Assembly: GCA_951406725.2 (NCBI GenBank)
Contig: OX597816.1
Coordinates: 1,612,001-1,676,000, forward strand
Source of the DNA: Octopus vulgaris
Taxonomy: Eukaryota
Direction of reading: 5' to 3'
Length of the DNA stretch: 64,000 nt
Position numbers and translations under genes: made by a program. Each line of letters begins with the position of its first letter. Position 1 is the first letter of the stretch. The notes under the pieces were generated by a model. It saw nothing but the letters and a program-made list of their open reading frames with translations, did not search any database and was not told where the DNA came from. Positions 13,627-26,229 of this stretch are shown piece by piece.

Positions 13627-16600
13627 ATATACATATGTGTGTGGGGGGGGGGCAGGCACCAAAATCAATAGAGTAATCCCTCTTGTGAATTCATTTATCT
13701 TTCTCTACAAACACCTCCTAAAGAGTCGTTTCCTGCCTTTTAACATTCCAATCCAAACAAATAAAATTATCAATATAATTTACTGGGTGAATCGAAATGC
13801 CACTAACATCTGTTTTCGTCTTTACTACACTTAATCACACCAAGAACACACCATCATCATCATCATCATCATGTTAATGTCTATTTTTTTCTATACTTGC
13901 ACGGGTCAGAGTTTTTGAGGCAGATTCTCTCCAGCCAGATGCCTGCCCTTCCTGTTGCCAAGCAAGAGAATGCTTCTCCTTGGCTGCAAACAATGTTACT
14001 GCTTGCATGATGCTGATGCTCACAACCATTGCACAATCTCAAGACGCAGGCATGAACATAATCACCATTTCCTATGGGCATGGGGTCAGAATGGAAGTTT
14101 TCGAGGCAGATTCTCCATGGCTGGATGGCCTTCACCAACCCCCACCTGTTTCCGCATAGTCAGATGTTTTTCACTGAAGACTGGAAATGAATAATCTTGC
14201 TTGTTTGATGAAAATGCTCATTCACAACCATCATGTGTTGTCTATACAAAGGTACACAAACAGAACTTCTGAAAGAAAATATTAAGTCCTCATTATACCC
14301 CTGGGTGTCTCAGACAAGTGCAGAGTTCAGATTTAATGTGAAAACCCACTTCTCATAGATCTCATACAAAACCTCAAAATTGTACCAAAAACAACCATTA
14401 AAATCATTTTTACAGCAAAGTCACATTGAAAATATTTTCAGTCATCTTTTTCAGTAGATGTACAGCTTGGCAATTGTAAAATTATCTTTCTGTGATGAAA
14501 TTAGAAGAAAAAGGCAATTCTATAATGGCTACCTCTGATGAGTGCTGGGTTACATAATCAAACTGTTAGCTAACACTCCACTTGAACCCCTAGTGCAGAA
14601 CCAAATGGTAAGATCGGTTATAATGGATATATAATACTGTACGGCGCAGCCTTCCAGTGTGCCAGCCCAGTCAAAACGTCCAACCCATGCCAGCATGGAC
14701 AACGGACGTTAAATGATGATGATGATATATAAAATTCATCATCACCACCGTTTAACGTCAATTTTCCAGGTGTGGTCATGGTAAGAAGCTTGCTTCCCAA
14801 CCACATGGTTCCGGCTTCAGCTGTGTCTTCTACTATAGTCTCGGACCAACCAAAGCCTTGTGAATGGATTTCGTAAGCAGAAACTGAAAGAAGCCTGTCG
14901 CGTATATATGTCCACTACACCGCTGGTGTTGGTTTGTTTATGTTCCCGTAACTTAGAGGTTCGGCAAAAGAGAAAGTACCAGGCTCTAAAATAAAAACGG
15001 AGTCGATTTGTTCGACTAAAATCCTTCAAGGCGGTGCCCCAGCATGGCCACAGTCTGATGACCGAAACGAGTGAAAGGTGTGTTGAACTTTCAATTCTGA
15101 TAAAAATGACGCATGAGATTATATAAGCAATATCTATCGAAGCGGTAATTACAAAACCAGTTTTGTGTTACAAGGGTCAGTGACAGGTAAACGAAAACTG
15201 GCGTTCGTTGAAAGAGTTAAGCGACATCCCCTGCCGTGATGCAGGCCTTGAAATCCTATTCAAATACGCGAAGAAACTTTTATTCTTCCTGGCTAATCTT
15301 CAGTTTTTTTTTTAAATGCAAAAAGAATTAGATTAAAACAACAAATTACGAGTAAAACAAACTTAGAAAATCAATTATTCTTATTATTTTGTAGAATCGG
15401 GAACGCGTCGGACAAAATATTTAGCGGCATTTCTTCTGATTTCAGACCCGCCGAGGTGGGGGGGAGGGGTCAACATTTTGCCTTTCAACCCTCGGTAGTG
15501 GGGGGGGGGTCGATAAAATAGAGAACCATTTAAGTACTTTGGTCGACTAACACCCTTTCCTTAAACTTGCTGGCTTTGCGCCAAAATCTGAAACCACCAC
15601 CCCTCATCCTTCGCCCTTGTGGCAAATAAATGAAATCGTTATTATTGTTGTTGTTGTGTTGGAATTCCACCCATAATTGTTATTTATACATCAAGTATTA
15701 TTTACAGAGAAACTTATACCCCCGAAAACACGAACCGATCAAACGAGACAGAGTTTGGTAAATGTTAGTTTGTTGATAATAAACCGTAAGAAAATATCAG
15801 GTTTAAAAGCTTAGAATTAGATTCAATCGAATCTTCAAAGAAATTCTACAAGAATTTAGCGAAGTTGGTGAAAAGGAGTTGAAGACGTCCGATTACTTTA
15901 AATTGTAGCGTTTAAGTTTTCATATATACATACACACACATATATATATATATACATACATATGTATACATATATATATATTACACAACGTTAAGAAATT
16001 GTGAAAAGGTAAAATATAGAAAAACATTAAAAACAAATAATAAAAGAAATAATGTTTTGAGATGGTTTAGTTGTAAATATGCGGGAAGACCATGTAAGGA
16101 TGAGGAATTCAGAGAATATTGGAGAGGATTTCTTTAAATGTTATTCCAGTTAAATAAGGAAAAAGAGGATTAAAGATTAATTAATCCCGGATTAAAGCAG
16201 ATCTAAGGAAAGAATTTTATTTATGAGAGAGAGAGGGGAAAAAAAAGAAAGAAACGGTAAGGAAAAGTGAGAGAATGGAGAGAATCAGTTGAGAGTTTTT
16301 CAAAAATCTTCCAAGGTAAATAAACAGAGAAGAATTTTGGTGAACGACGACGACGCATGGAACAAGAAGAAGAAGATTCTTGAACGAAGGACATTGGAAG
16401 CTTAGCAAAGGCAAAGGCAAGTTCACTAAAAGTATTTGGAAATTATTAGGATTAATGTAAAGTGTGGAAAGTTGCTAATTAATAAACTTTAATTAATTTA
16501 GCGCGATTATTTTGGGTGGAATTGCGGCTGAGGAGAGAGAAAAGAGTTGGGAATAAGTGTTTGGTGGTAGGACATGGCTACGCTTTACGGCTTCTAGCAA

Positions 16601-16685
16601 CAAAGAACGAAGATGGATGAAGATGCGAATGGCATAGAAATATATTTAAAGCCTGCTGTATGATTAAGAAATTCCTTCTACTCAC

Positions 16686-16759
16686 TCGGGGACGTAGTTT
16701 GAGGAGTAACTCGACCATCGATATACAGTGTATTTCAAAACGTGGCTTTCACCCGCCAT
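16686..16759 (-). CDS. MKLN1: Muskelin coding exon 1 (MAGESHVLKYTVYRWSSYSSNYVPE), phase 2
   Basis: Manual translation matches the muskelin N-terminus (WSSFSSTYLPE-like). ATG lies in CAAGATGGCG context and the donor is GA|gtgagt. Confidence 0.9.
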
Positions 16760-16763
16760 CTTG
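16753..16763 (-). promoter_or_regulatory. YY1/TISU-like element CAAGATGGCGG spanning the muskelin start codon
   Basis: Minus strand reads CCAAGATGGCGGG, close to the SAASATGGCGGC consensus. Confidence 0.5.
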
Positions 16764-19624
16764 GCATAGTCCGTCACTCCGACACAAACCTCTCCTCATA
16801 GGTTATTTATTCGCATCAAGGGAAAAATAATTACAAATCTTTTAACAAACTTCTCTCTACTTTAAAAATATCTTTATATATTAAAATAGTCTTCGTTATA
16901 ATTTTAGACACTGTTTTATATTCTTTCAGGAACGTATATTTTTTTTTTAAACAAAGGTCAAGTTAGGCAGGAAGTGACTTCTCCTTCCATTGGCAGACGA
17001 CATTTTATGTACCAAGACAGAAAGATAAATAAAATGGAATAAATTTTGTGTTTAAGGGTTTTAGCATATTATATAAAACAAGAAGAAATCGAGTCATATT
17101 TTCATTGATAGGTTTTCGTTACTTTTCTCCAGGGAAATATTGTTTTGCTTCAGAAAAGTCGCAAATGAGATTAATAAAGTTATGAGAAAGTTATTTAACT
17201 TGAACTGTCTTAGATTTAGCTTATTTTTCTTTTGCTCATTTTAAGATATCAATTTCATAGGGAACAGTCTCCTATTACACACACGATTATCTAACAAACA
17301 CAAGAATGTAAATAGCTCAAGCTTAATAAAGACATTCACAGACAGGCAACTACATCAGAGGGGGGGGGGATATTGGTATTGTTCCGTTCAAAACAGCCTA
17401 CTTGTCAAATCCGATCAGATGGGATCATATGATCGTTCGTGAATTTCCGTAAAATTTATCTTATTTCTATACTCCTCTTTGGAAGGTGATATTTGCTTTG
17501 AAGTGAAAGATGGACGTGTGTGGGTGTGAGAGAGAGAGAGAGAGAGCGAGCAAGTGAAGGTGTGTTGTCGTGTATCTTTTTGCCTGTATGTGTAAGGGAC
17601 ACTCTCTTTCATGCACACGCACACATACATGCATACAAAAAAAGATGTATGTATGTGTATATGAAAAATAATGCGTGCATGTGTGAGTGTGAGGGACAGT
17701 GAGTGCCATTTACACATACATACACAACACACACCTTCACTCATTCTCTCTCTCTATCTCTCTCTCTCTTTCACACACACTCATACACACATGCATACAC
17801 ACACACATACCAAAAAAGATGTATGCATAAAAAGGAGAGAGGGCAGTTGCATGCAGATGGGACGAGGACGGTCGCATAAAGAAGCGTTGACCATTTAAAG
17901 TGGAGGGAAGTTGTTGGAGGGGGAGACCAAGGAAGACGACATAGGACAAAGTAAAGGAGATGAGAGAGGAGGACGGAGATACGTGGTGCTTTGCTATATT
18001 TGAGAAGACCTGCCCACCACAACAGAATGGAGATCCTAAAACCAAGGTGCCATGTGAATAACATTGGGGTGGGTGCTGGTGCCATATCAGAAGAATTGGT
18101 GATGGTGCCACATAAACAGCACCCAGAACACTCTGGAGGGGTTGGCATTAGGAAGGGCTTCTAGCCATAGAAACCATGCCAATATAGACAATGAAACCTG
18201 GTGTGGCTCCTAGCCTTGTCAAGTCATTCAGTCCATGGCAGCATGGAATAACACATTAAATGATGATGATGATGAGGATGATGATGATGATGAAGAAGTC
18301 ACTTCAGCTACGTTTTATAACAAAACTAAACTGGCACCCAAATGTGTGGAACCTAGTTTGCTCCTCTCCCCAGAATTCCAGGCTTTGAGCCTATAATAGA
18401 AAGGGTTCTATGTTTTATGTCTGGTATTTCACATACACAAAGTTGCAGGCATAGCTTTGTGGTAAAGCAGTTTATTTCATAATCGTACGGATCTAAGTTC
18501 CATCTCACTGCATTGCACTTTGAACAAGAATCTTCTGTTGTGAATTTCGGTGGAAGAATTGCTTAGGAGTGAAACTGATACGTGGAAATTGTATGAAAGC
18601 CTGTTATATCATCATCATCATCATCGTTTAACGTCCGTTTTCCATGCTAGCATGGGTTGGACGGTTCGACTGGGGTCTGGGAAGCCAGGAGGCTGCACCA
18701 GGCTCCAGTCTGATCTGGCAGAATTTCTACAGCTGGATGCCCTTCCTAACACCAACCACTCCGAGAATGTAGTGGGTATTTTTTACGTGCTACTGGCACA
18801 GGAGCAGAGGAGGCTGGCAATGGCCACGATCGGTTAGTGCTTTTTACGTGCCACCAGCACTGAAGCCAGTCAAGGTGGCACTGGCCATGTTCAGATGGTA
18901 CTTTTTATGTGCCACAGGCATGGGTATCACAACTACAATTTCCATTTGATTTTTGTTTTGATGTTGATGTACTTGACTCAATAGGTCTCCTCAAGCACAG
19001 CAGGGCACCCTACAATCCAAGGTAAGCACAGCAGGTCGTCCTATGATCCAAGGTACTTTTCAATGGGCCGGGGCTTATTATGCAAAACTGGTGTATGATA
19101 CAACCGTGAACTCACTTTATTTGTCGGGTCTTCGTAGTCACAGCATACCTCCAGAGGTCTCGGTCTTTCGTCATTGCCTCTGTGAGGCCTAACGTTCGAA
19201 GGTCATATATATCTATATCTATCTACATGTATATATATATCAATTTATCCTGACTGACCACTAGCCAGCACACTTTCCCTCTCTTCATTTTTTTATTTTT
19301 CTCTCTCCCCGCTTTGCTTTTTTTTTCCTGTCTTCCTGTTTTTGATTTGACCTTACAAATACATTCCCAACTTTTAAATCACTTCAAATAAACCCTAGAT
19401 TCAATAACACCACTTACGAACTCTATGCTTGGAATGACTAATTTTAAATACTATTGGAACTTACTCACAAGGTATAGGAAACTTATATGTATACCATTCT
19501 GCCTAAATAATGGAACTGCAGATACAATATCCCTGCATATCTCACATCTATTTTCATTCCTCCACTTCACTCTCTATTTCATATCTTCTCTAGAATAACT
19601 ATTGCTTAACCATTTTCTCACACC

Positions 19625-19672
19625 GTCTCTGATGAAGGGATATATAAAATATCCTGAAAACAGTTGTAAGAC
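19625..19672 (+). ncRNA. Putative minimal hammerhead motif
   Basis: GTCT-CTGATGA-ag-GGATAT-ataaa-ATATCC-t-GAAAAC-AGTT-GTA-AGAC. Confidence 0.55.
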
Positions 19673-19729
19673 CTTCTCTTTATAAATGTTCTGAAATCTT
19701 TCACAGCCTTGGATTTTGATCTCATTCTC

Positions 19730-19781
<52 letters not shown>

Positions 19782-20061
19782 ATTAGGGCTTAGTAAAATA
19801 AATTACTTTGCCACATACTGAACTTAGTAGAAATAGCAGCCAGAAAATTTTTTCTTAGCATCTCTACTACTTAAAGAAAATTTCTCTCAGATAATGCTTA
19901 CTCTGAGTTTCCCGTTGCCGTTCATCGGACAGTTTTTGCTAGAATAGAACCGATATATATATATTCTTTTATTCTTTTACTTGTTTCAGTCATTTGACTA
20001 TCAGCGAACTTGGTGAACACTTGGTGAAATTGATTAATTAATTAATTTTACCCTCAATTGT

Positions 20062-20094
<33 letters not shown>

Positions 20095-20196
20095 GGAGTA
20101 AACACATAAATGTGAAACAAGGTGGAAAAAAGAGTACTCAAATACCAGTGGTAGAGTAATATGCTTTATTTAAAGCAGCAGAAAATTCAACAAAAC

Positions 20197-20234
20197 CTGT
20201 TACTCTGAGTTTCACGTTGCCGTTCATCGGACAG
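20197..20234 (-). ncRNA. Putative variant hammerhead motif (CCGAUGA core)
   Basis: Minus strand reads CTGT-CCGATGA-ACG-gcaa-CGT-GAAACT-cag-AGTA-ACAG, so all three stems can form. Confidence 0.5.
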
Positions 20235-20849
20235 TTTTTGCTAGAATAGAATCGATATATATATATTCTTTTATGTATACAACGGGTTTCTTTCAGTTTC
20301 CATCTACCAAATCTACTCACAATCTTTGGTCTGCCTGAGACTATAAGTAGAAGACACTTGCCCATGGTGCCACGCAATGAGACTGAACCTGGAACCATGA
20401 GGTTGTGAAGCAAGCTTCTTACTAGCCAGCCATGCTTCTATGTGTGTGCGTATGTAATATTGTGATTTTGTTTAGGCAGAGTGATACAGATAATCTCCTG
20501 CCAGGTCTCCATCTAGAAAGGGTTCAGAAGGGCCATGAGATGGCAGAACCTTCAGCTTATTGGACGAAAGGCTTAAAAGCATCTCATGCGTCTTTACATT
20601 CTGAGTTCAAATTCTGCTAAGGTCAACCTTGTCTTTCATTCTTTTGGGGTAGATGAAATAAGTACCAGTGAACTCAGGGGTTGATGTAATCGTGGGGCCT
20701 CCTCCCCCGAAAGTGCTGGCCTTGTGCCAGGATTTGAAATCAATGTACATTTGCTTTATTTCTGTCTCTTTTGGCAAGAAATCTTCAAATAAATTGAATA
20801 AAGACATCCATACAACCCTTTCACTGCCTCATCATATTGTCACAACTTG

Positions 20850-21400
20850 GAATGGTTTGGGGCAAGTCTAAGACCCTCGTTAACACTATGGACAAGGGTT
20901 TCATCCCAGATGCAGCACAGTTGCTCATCCATAACGTTGACCCTCCAATTCCTGGCCAAAGTTTGGCCTTAAACTGCCAGTATGGTGTTCTCAGTCTCTT
21001 TTTTTAGTTTTTCTTTTCTTCAGCCAGTCCCACCCCTGTTTTCCAGCAACTTCTGTTGGGGCCACATGGAATTGATTGTGTGTCCCTTGTTCCATGATGC
21101 TTCTCCAGATCCTTTTTATACTTCTTGCCTTGTTTTCCCCTTTCCCTCTGCTTTCCATACTTTCTCATTCCTAACTGACATTAGCAAGGTTTCCTTACTT
21201 TGGAATTGGTATCTCAGTAAGCTCCTGAGTTTCATACGTATGCAGTCTTCCACACTTCTCAGCCCCCCCTCCTCCATTTGCTCTCTTCGTGTTTAGGAAA
21301 TCCGTGTCTGCACATGGATGATGGACTCCATCAATTGTTAGAAGAGGTCCAGTTAGAATTTCCTTCATGTTGAGTAGCCAATTCCACTCAAAAGGTCCCT
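20850..21400 (-). mobile_element. Degenerate internal fragment of an R4/Dong-like element
   Basis: Manual translation near 21215-21365 gives RKIL...GVHHPCADTDFLNTKRANGGGGLRSVEDC, resembling the HP-AD-DRLY-R-GGRGL-SVEDC motif. Confidence 0.55.
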
Positions 21401-21769
21401 GAATAAGAATTATTTAAGGATGATAAATGAAACTCCCATGTCATGTTTCCAGGGGTGAATTAATCGAACCTCAAAAAATCCTTCTCAACACATGGCTATG
21501 ATGCTCCCCCACTACTTCTGCTCATGATCAGAGATGCACATATCGTCAGCCACTAAGGGACATGCTCAACTGATTAAGGTCAAACAACTGACAAGCAAAT
21601 CTCTGGTATTGAGCAGAATATTTGCTGTAGCCCTTCTTTTATACCAAGACAAAACAATGTACATGATAACACTTCCAGTCAGTTAAGATCAGACGCCATG
21701 AGAGCCACTGTCTGGTACTGCATCAGGGGATGGCCACTGCCTGGTACTGTATCAGGGTGTGTGTATGTA

Positions 21770-22530
21770 TGTCATTATTCAATTTATTTCAAGATTTCTT
21801 GCCAATAGAGAAAGCGCCTGTTTCTAGTCGAGATCTAAGTTGCCTTCATTGGAATTTCAACATCAACAACAGGGTATTTTTGTATGTATGTATGTGCAGG
21901 TTTGCATGTTTTATATATGTATTCTCGTGCATGTAGTTACATATCAGAACATGCTCATACGTATTTAATTGATAAATTTCTGGAAAGTTTTACAGACTTT
22001 TACAGTTCCAGTGATAGATTGGATTTGTAGTCTTCAAATTAGCTTTCTCCTTTCTGGTTTTGAGAAGCCTAATTTCTCAAGATTGGTATTTAGGCAGTGT
22101 GTTACATATCCCATGGCCCCAATAATTACAGGTATAAACCTGAACTTGTAATCTGGATAGAGTAACTGCAGATTTCTCAATAGTTCAGCATAGGTGTTCT
22201 CTTTTTCATTGATCTTCATCTTCATGTTAACATCCGCTGGGCTGCTAATTTCCACAACTGTACACAGTTTCTCTTCTCTATCCCAAATCCTAATATCAGG
22301 TCTGTTGTGCTTACATTTTATTGAGGTTTTCACTGGTACATTCCACCAGTATACTTTTTTCTTATGAGTGGCTATGTCTTCTACCATATTCTGGGTTCTT
22401 ATTTCTTTGTCCTTCGGATTATCCTTCCGACGGATTTCATTATAGAGTGTCCTACCTACAACATCATGTCTCATCAGTAGATAATATTGTGATGACATTT
22501 TCGGACAACTGCTTATGGTATGGGTGATTA
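21770..22530 (-). mobile_element. 3' fragment of an R4/Dong-like non-LTR retrotransposon (restriction-like endonuclease domain + 3' UTR)
   Basis: C-terminal part of ORF 22034..23389 reads HTISSC...RHDVV...HNRPDI...VEIS...KENTY...IPVIIGAMG, typical of the RLE domain. Confidence 0.82.
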
Positions 22531-22544
22531 TGTATGTGTGTGTG

Positions 22545-23337
22545 TACATACATACATACATACATACATACATACATGCATACACACATACATACATGCA
22601 TACATACATGCATACACACACACATACATACATACATACATGCATACATACATACATACATACATGCATGCACACATACATACATGCATAGATACATGCA
22701 TACACACATACATACATACATACATACATACATGCATACATACATACATACATACATGCATGCATACATACATACATACATACATACATACATACATACA
22801 TACATGCAAACTTACATGCATACACACATACATACATACATACATACATACATACATGCATACACACATACATACATACATACATACATGCATACATACA
22901 TACATACATACATGCATACACACATACACACATACATACATACACACATACACACATACATACATACATACATACATACATACATACATGCATGCATACA
23001 TACATACATACATACATACATACATACATACATACATACACACATACATACATACATACATACATACATACATACATACATGCATACACACATACACACA
23101 TACATACACACATACACACATACATACATACATACATACATACATACATACATACATACATACATACATACATACATACATACATACATACATACATGCA
23201 TACATACATACATACACACATACATACATACATACATACATACATACATACATGCATACAACACATACACACATACATACATACACACATACACACATAC
23301 ATACATACATACATACATGCATACACACATACATACT
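22545..23337. repeat. Long compound (TACA)n microsatellite, about 790 bp
   Basis: Directly visible, with TGCA and CACA variant units. Confidence 0.98.
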
Positions 23338-23774
23338 TGCATGTTACACTACAAATAATCACGATATCTGTGTCTACAAATATCTGCAAAGCCTTCTTGA
23401 TATTTAAAGGATGTCAAATAAAACATACGTATGTGTACATACATATATATATATATATATATATTTATGTATTCATGAGCCCATGTGTGTGTCCGTGTGT
23501 CTATATAGGTAAAAAAAAAATTGCAGCAGCCAGAAAATAAATATGATTTTCAATCAATATGTATTTTTCAAATTGGATGAATACGTACAAAAGGAATTCA
23601 TAATTTGACCAAATTGTTGGTTGTGTGAGAGATACTGATGAGATCTTTCATTTTGTTATCATAATAAATAGATAATTATTATTTTCTTTTAATTTGATGG
23701 TAAAAATTAAAACGTTATAACGTGTTGCCTCCCGTAGCCTGATTATCTCCCTTGCGCCGTTAGCCGACCTGATG

Positions 23775-24995
23775 CCCGTGGGTAGGTCGAAAAGTTCCTC
23801 GGTTGACGATGAGGGAGTGATGGCAGAGCTGTGGAATTTTGTAGGCATTAATTCTTATCAATGACACTATTGTTTCTTTCCTGGTAGACTGACACCTGAC
23901 TGTTCAAAGAGGGCTTCCATAGTAACTAATAGCGAATTCTCTTCGGTGTTATCAAGTACCTACAGAAAAAGGGTTTAGCCTCCCCACCACCCAAGGACAG
24001 TGATGCTGACACGATTGCTACATTAGGAGATGATGTTCCAGCTTTATCAAAAGTGCAAAAAGGGTCAGCTGAATCGAGGAGGGGAAGGGAGATTCTTGAA
24101 GATGACCCAAGGTCTGGACGTCCTGCAACTACCACCACCGAGGAAAACATTGATTGTGTAAACCCCATGGTGATGGATGACAGGCGATTGGCTCTAAATC
24201 AAATAGCCAATGCTATTAGCATTTGCCGTGAGAGATTTGAGAATATTCTGCATAAAGGACTTGGCATGACCAAGGTTTCTATTCGGTAGGTGCCACGTCT
24301 TCTGACACCTGATCAAAAGCGAACCCAGTCTGACCACATCACGACGAAATCTGACATTGTTTGAAGCAGATCCAGATGGTTTCCTTTAATATTTCCTAAC
24401 ACAGGATTAGTGTTGGGTTAATCTCTTTGAGCCAGAGACAAAGAAACAATCTATGCCGCGGAAACACCGCTCTTCACCTGCGCAGAAGGTGATGGCTTTA
24501 ATGTTTTGGTATGCAAAAGGCAATTGTGTTTATTGACTATCTTTAAAAGGGCCACACCACTAATGGACAGTACTATGCCAGTTTTGTTGAGGCAGTTACG
24601 AAAGGCTATCCAGACCAAATGCTGCGGAAAACTGCCGAAAGGGTTTTGTTTCATAAGGTCACTGCTCCAGCACAGTGGTTTCTGTGCGTGACAGTAGCTT
24701 TGAACTGGTTGATCAGCCTCCTTATTCTCCTGATTTGGCCCCATCTGGCTACCATCTCTTCACCAACATGAACAACACTTGGCTGGGAATCACTATCGCT
24801 GTGCTGACGACGCCATATCTGCTGTTGATGACGTTTTAACAGACAGGACGAAAGCTGGTTCACTAATGCGATGCAATCACTACAACACAGATGCAAAGAA
24901 GTGTGTGAACCGCAATGTTGAAAAATAAACCCCATTTGGTCTCATTCCATAAGAGTATCTTGGTCATCCTATGAACTTTTCTGTCGACCCTCGTA
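23775..24995 (+). mobile_element. Degenerate mariner transposon
   Basis: DDPRSGRP, KVS-R*VPRLLT (WVPRLL) and PYSPDLAP motifs. Right TIR ...gaacttttctgtcgaccctcg|TA, with a degenerate left TIR gtcgaaaagttc near 23786. Confidence 0.88.
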
Positions 24996-25566
24996 CTGAA
25001 TTTTCGCTGCCCAAAGAAAAATTCCAGCCATGTTGTCTTCATTATTAACATTGCGACTATCATTAGAGAAAGAGATTAATTTCTTCATTAGAGAAAGAGA
25101 TTGTCATGCAAGGTTTAACTACTGAAACCTTTGACGTGTGGCCAGTAAAGTTAGCTCCCTTCATTTGTAAGCATTATCTATTATTTTTTTTATGGCCGAA
25201 AAGACGTGCCTCACTTTTAACAGCACGTATTTAGGGAAAAAAAAGTTTTAAGCTTGTGAAAGTTTATGGGAAAATCAACTTCGTTGGATGAATTTTTTGG
25301 AAAAAAAGTGCGTTATAAAAACGCCATCAATTAGGGCGTGCGCACGCACACACAATACATATAGTGTGCGTGTGGGAAGATTTTGCTGTGGCATTACGAT
25401 ACTAAAAACCTGTTGTTAGAATTTTATATAGGAATAAGCTTCAGAATAAAGGATTGGGTGAATGTAGAGAGTGAAATTAAATATATGTCAAGGGAACAGG
25501 AATTACTTAAATTCAGCTGTTTGTAAAATAAGATGCAGTGAACTCATGATTATCGTTTTTTTAAGA

Positions 25567-25647
25567 AGCTCTGAGGAAGCTATAAGGTGATGCACAAGCA
25601 CTCAGCTCCGAATGCACTGTCTTTTAGAGCAGAAACAGCTGTAAGCT
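25567..25647 (+). ncRNA. Putative type I hammerhead ribozyme motif with extended stem II (related copy 10058-10138, minus strand)
   Basis: AGCT-CTGAGGA-[long stem II]-GAAAC-AGCT-GTA-AGCT: stem I pairs, the core is intact, stem III is palindromic and the triplet is GUA. Confidence 0.6.
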
Positions 25648-26229
25648 AATGAAGTTTACCACATAATTCATGTTCCCTTGTCATTTATTTTAATTTATAT
25701 ATACTGTATATATGCATGTATAGAACAAATAGCGGGGGATTATCAATCCGGGCAAAATACTTCATAAGCTCTCAGGTGGCACACCTGGCTAACAATATTT
25801 GGATTAGTGAAGAACTCCAGGTAATCTTTTGGTAAGGTCCAAGGTTATGGTTCATCCCAATTCTGTATTTAACTCCAAGGATGGGCTCCAGACAAACTGG
25901 AGACAAGTTAAAAATAATGGTCATTACATATTATTCTTTTATTGGAACAAACTTGGCTTACAGCTGTTTCCAGTAGTCGTTACATGTTCATCACTGATAG
26001 GTTCACTCAATCAATCGAGGAAAATTGAAGAACCTAAGAAAATTAATGCCACTTTCATGAGAGCCATTTCTGGTTGTTACAATCAGAGAACTGAAGGAAT
26101 GGCAATTGTATGGGGAAGGTGGGAGGAGAAGATGGAAAGATGCAAGTAGAATAGAGAATAGAGGAAGATGGGTTACAAAGGGGGTGGCAGTAAGGGGATG
26201 GTATAAGAGTCACTTAACAGAATCAGGGG

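Noticed and set aside
14535-14550. Isolated CTGATGA matches (also near 23637, 39310 and 49915)
   Set aside because: No properly spaced stem II plus GAAA or stem I pairing, so they were not called as hammerheads.
22464-23540. Long ORFs of MYVC/HTYI repeats
   Set aside because: These are translations of the (TACA)n microsatellite. Only the RLE-like tail of ORF 22034..23389 is of real coding origin.
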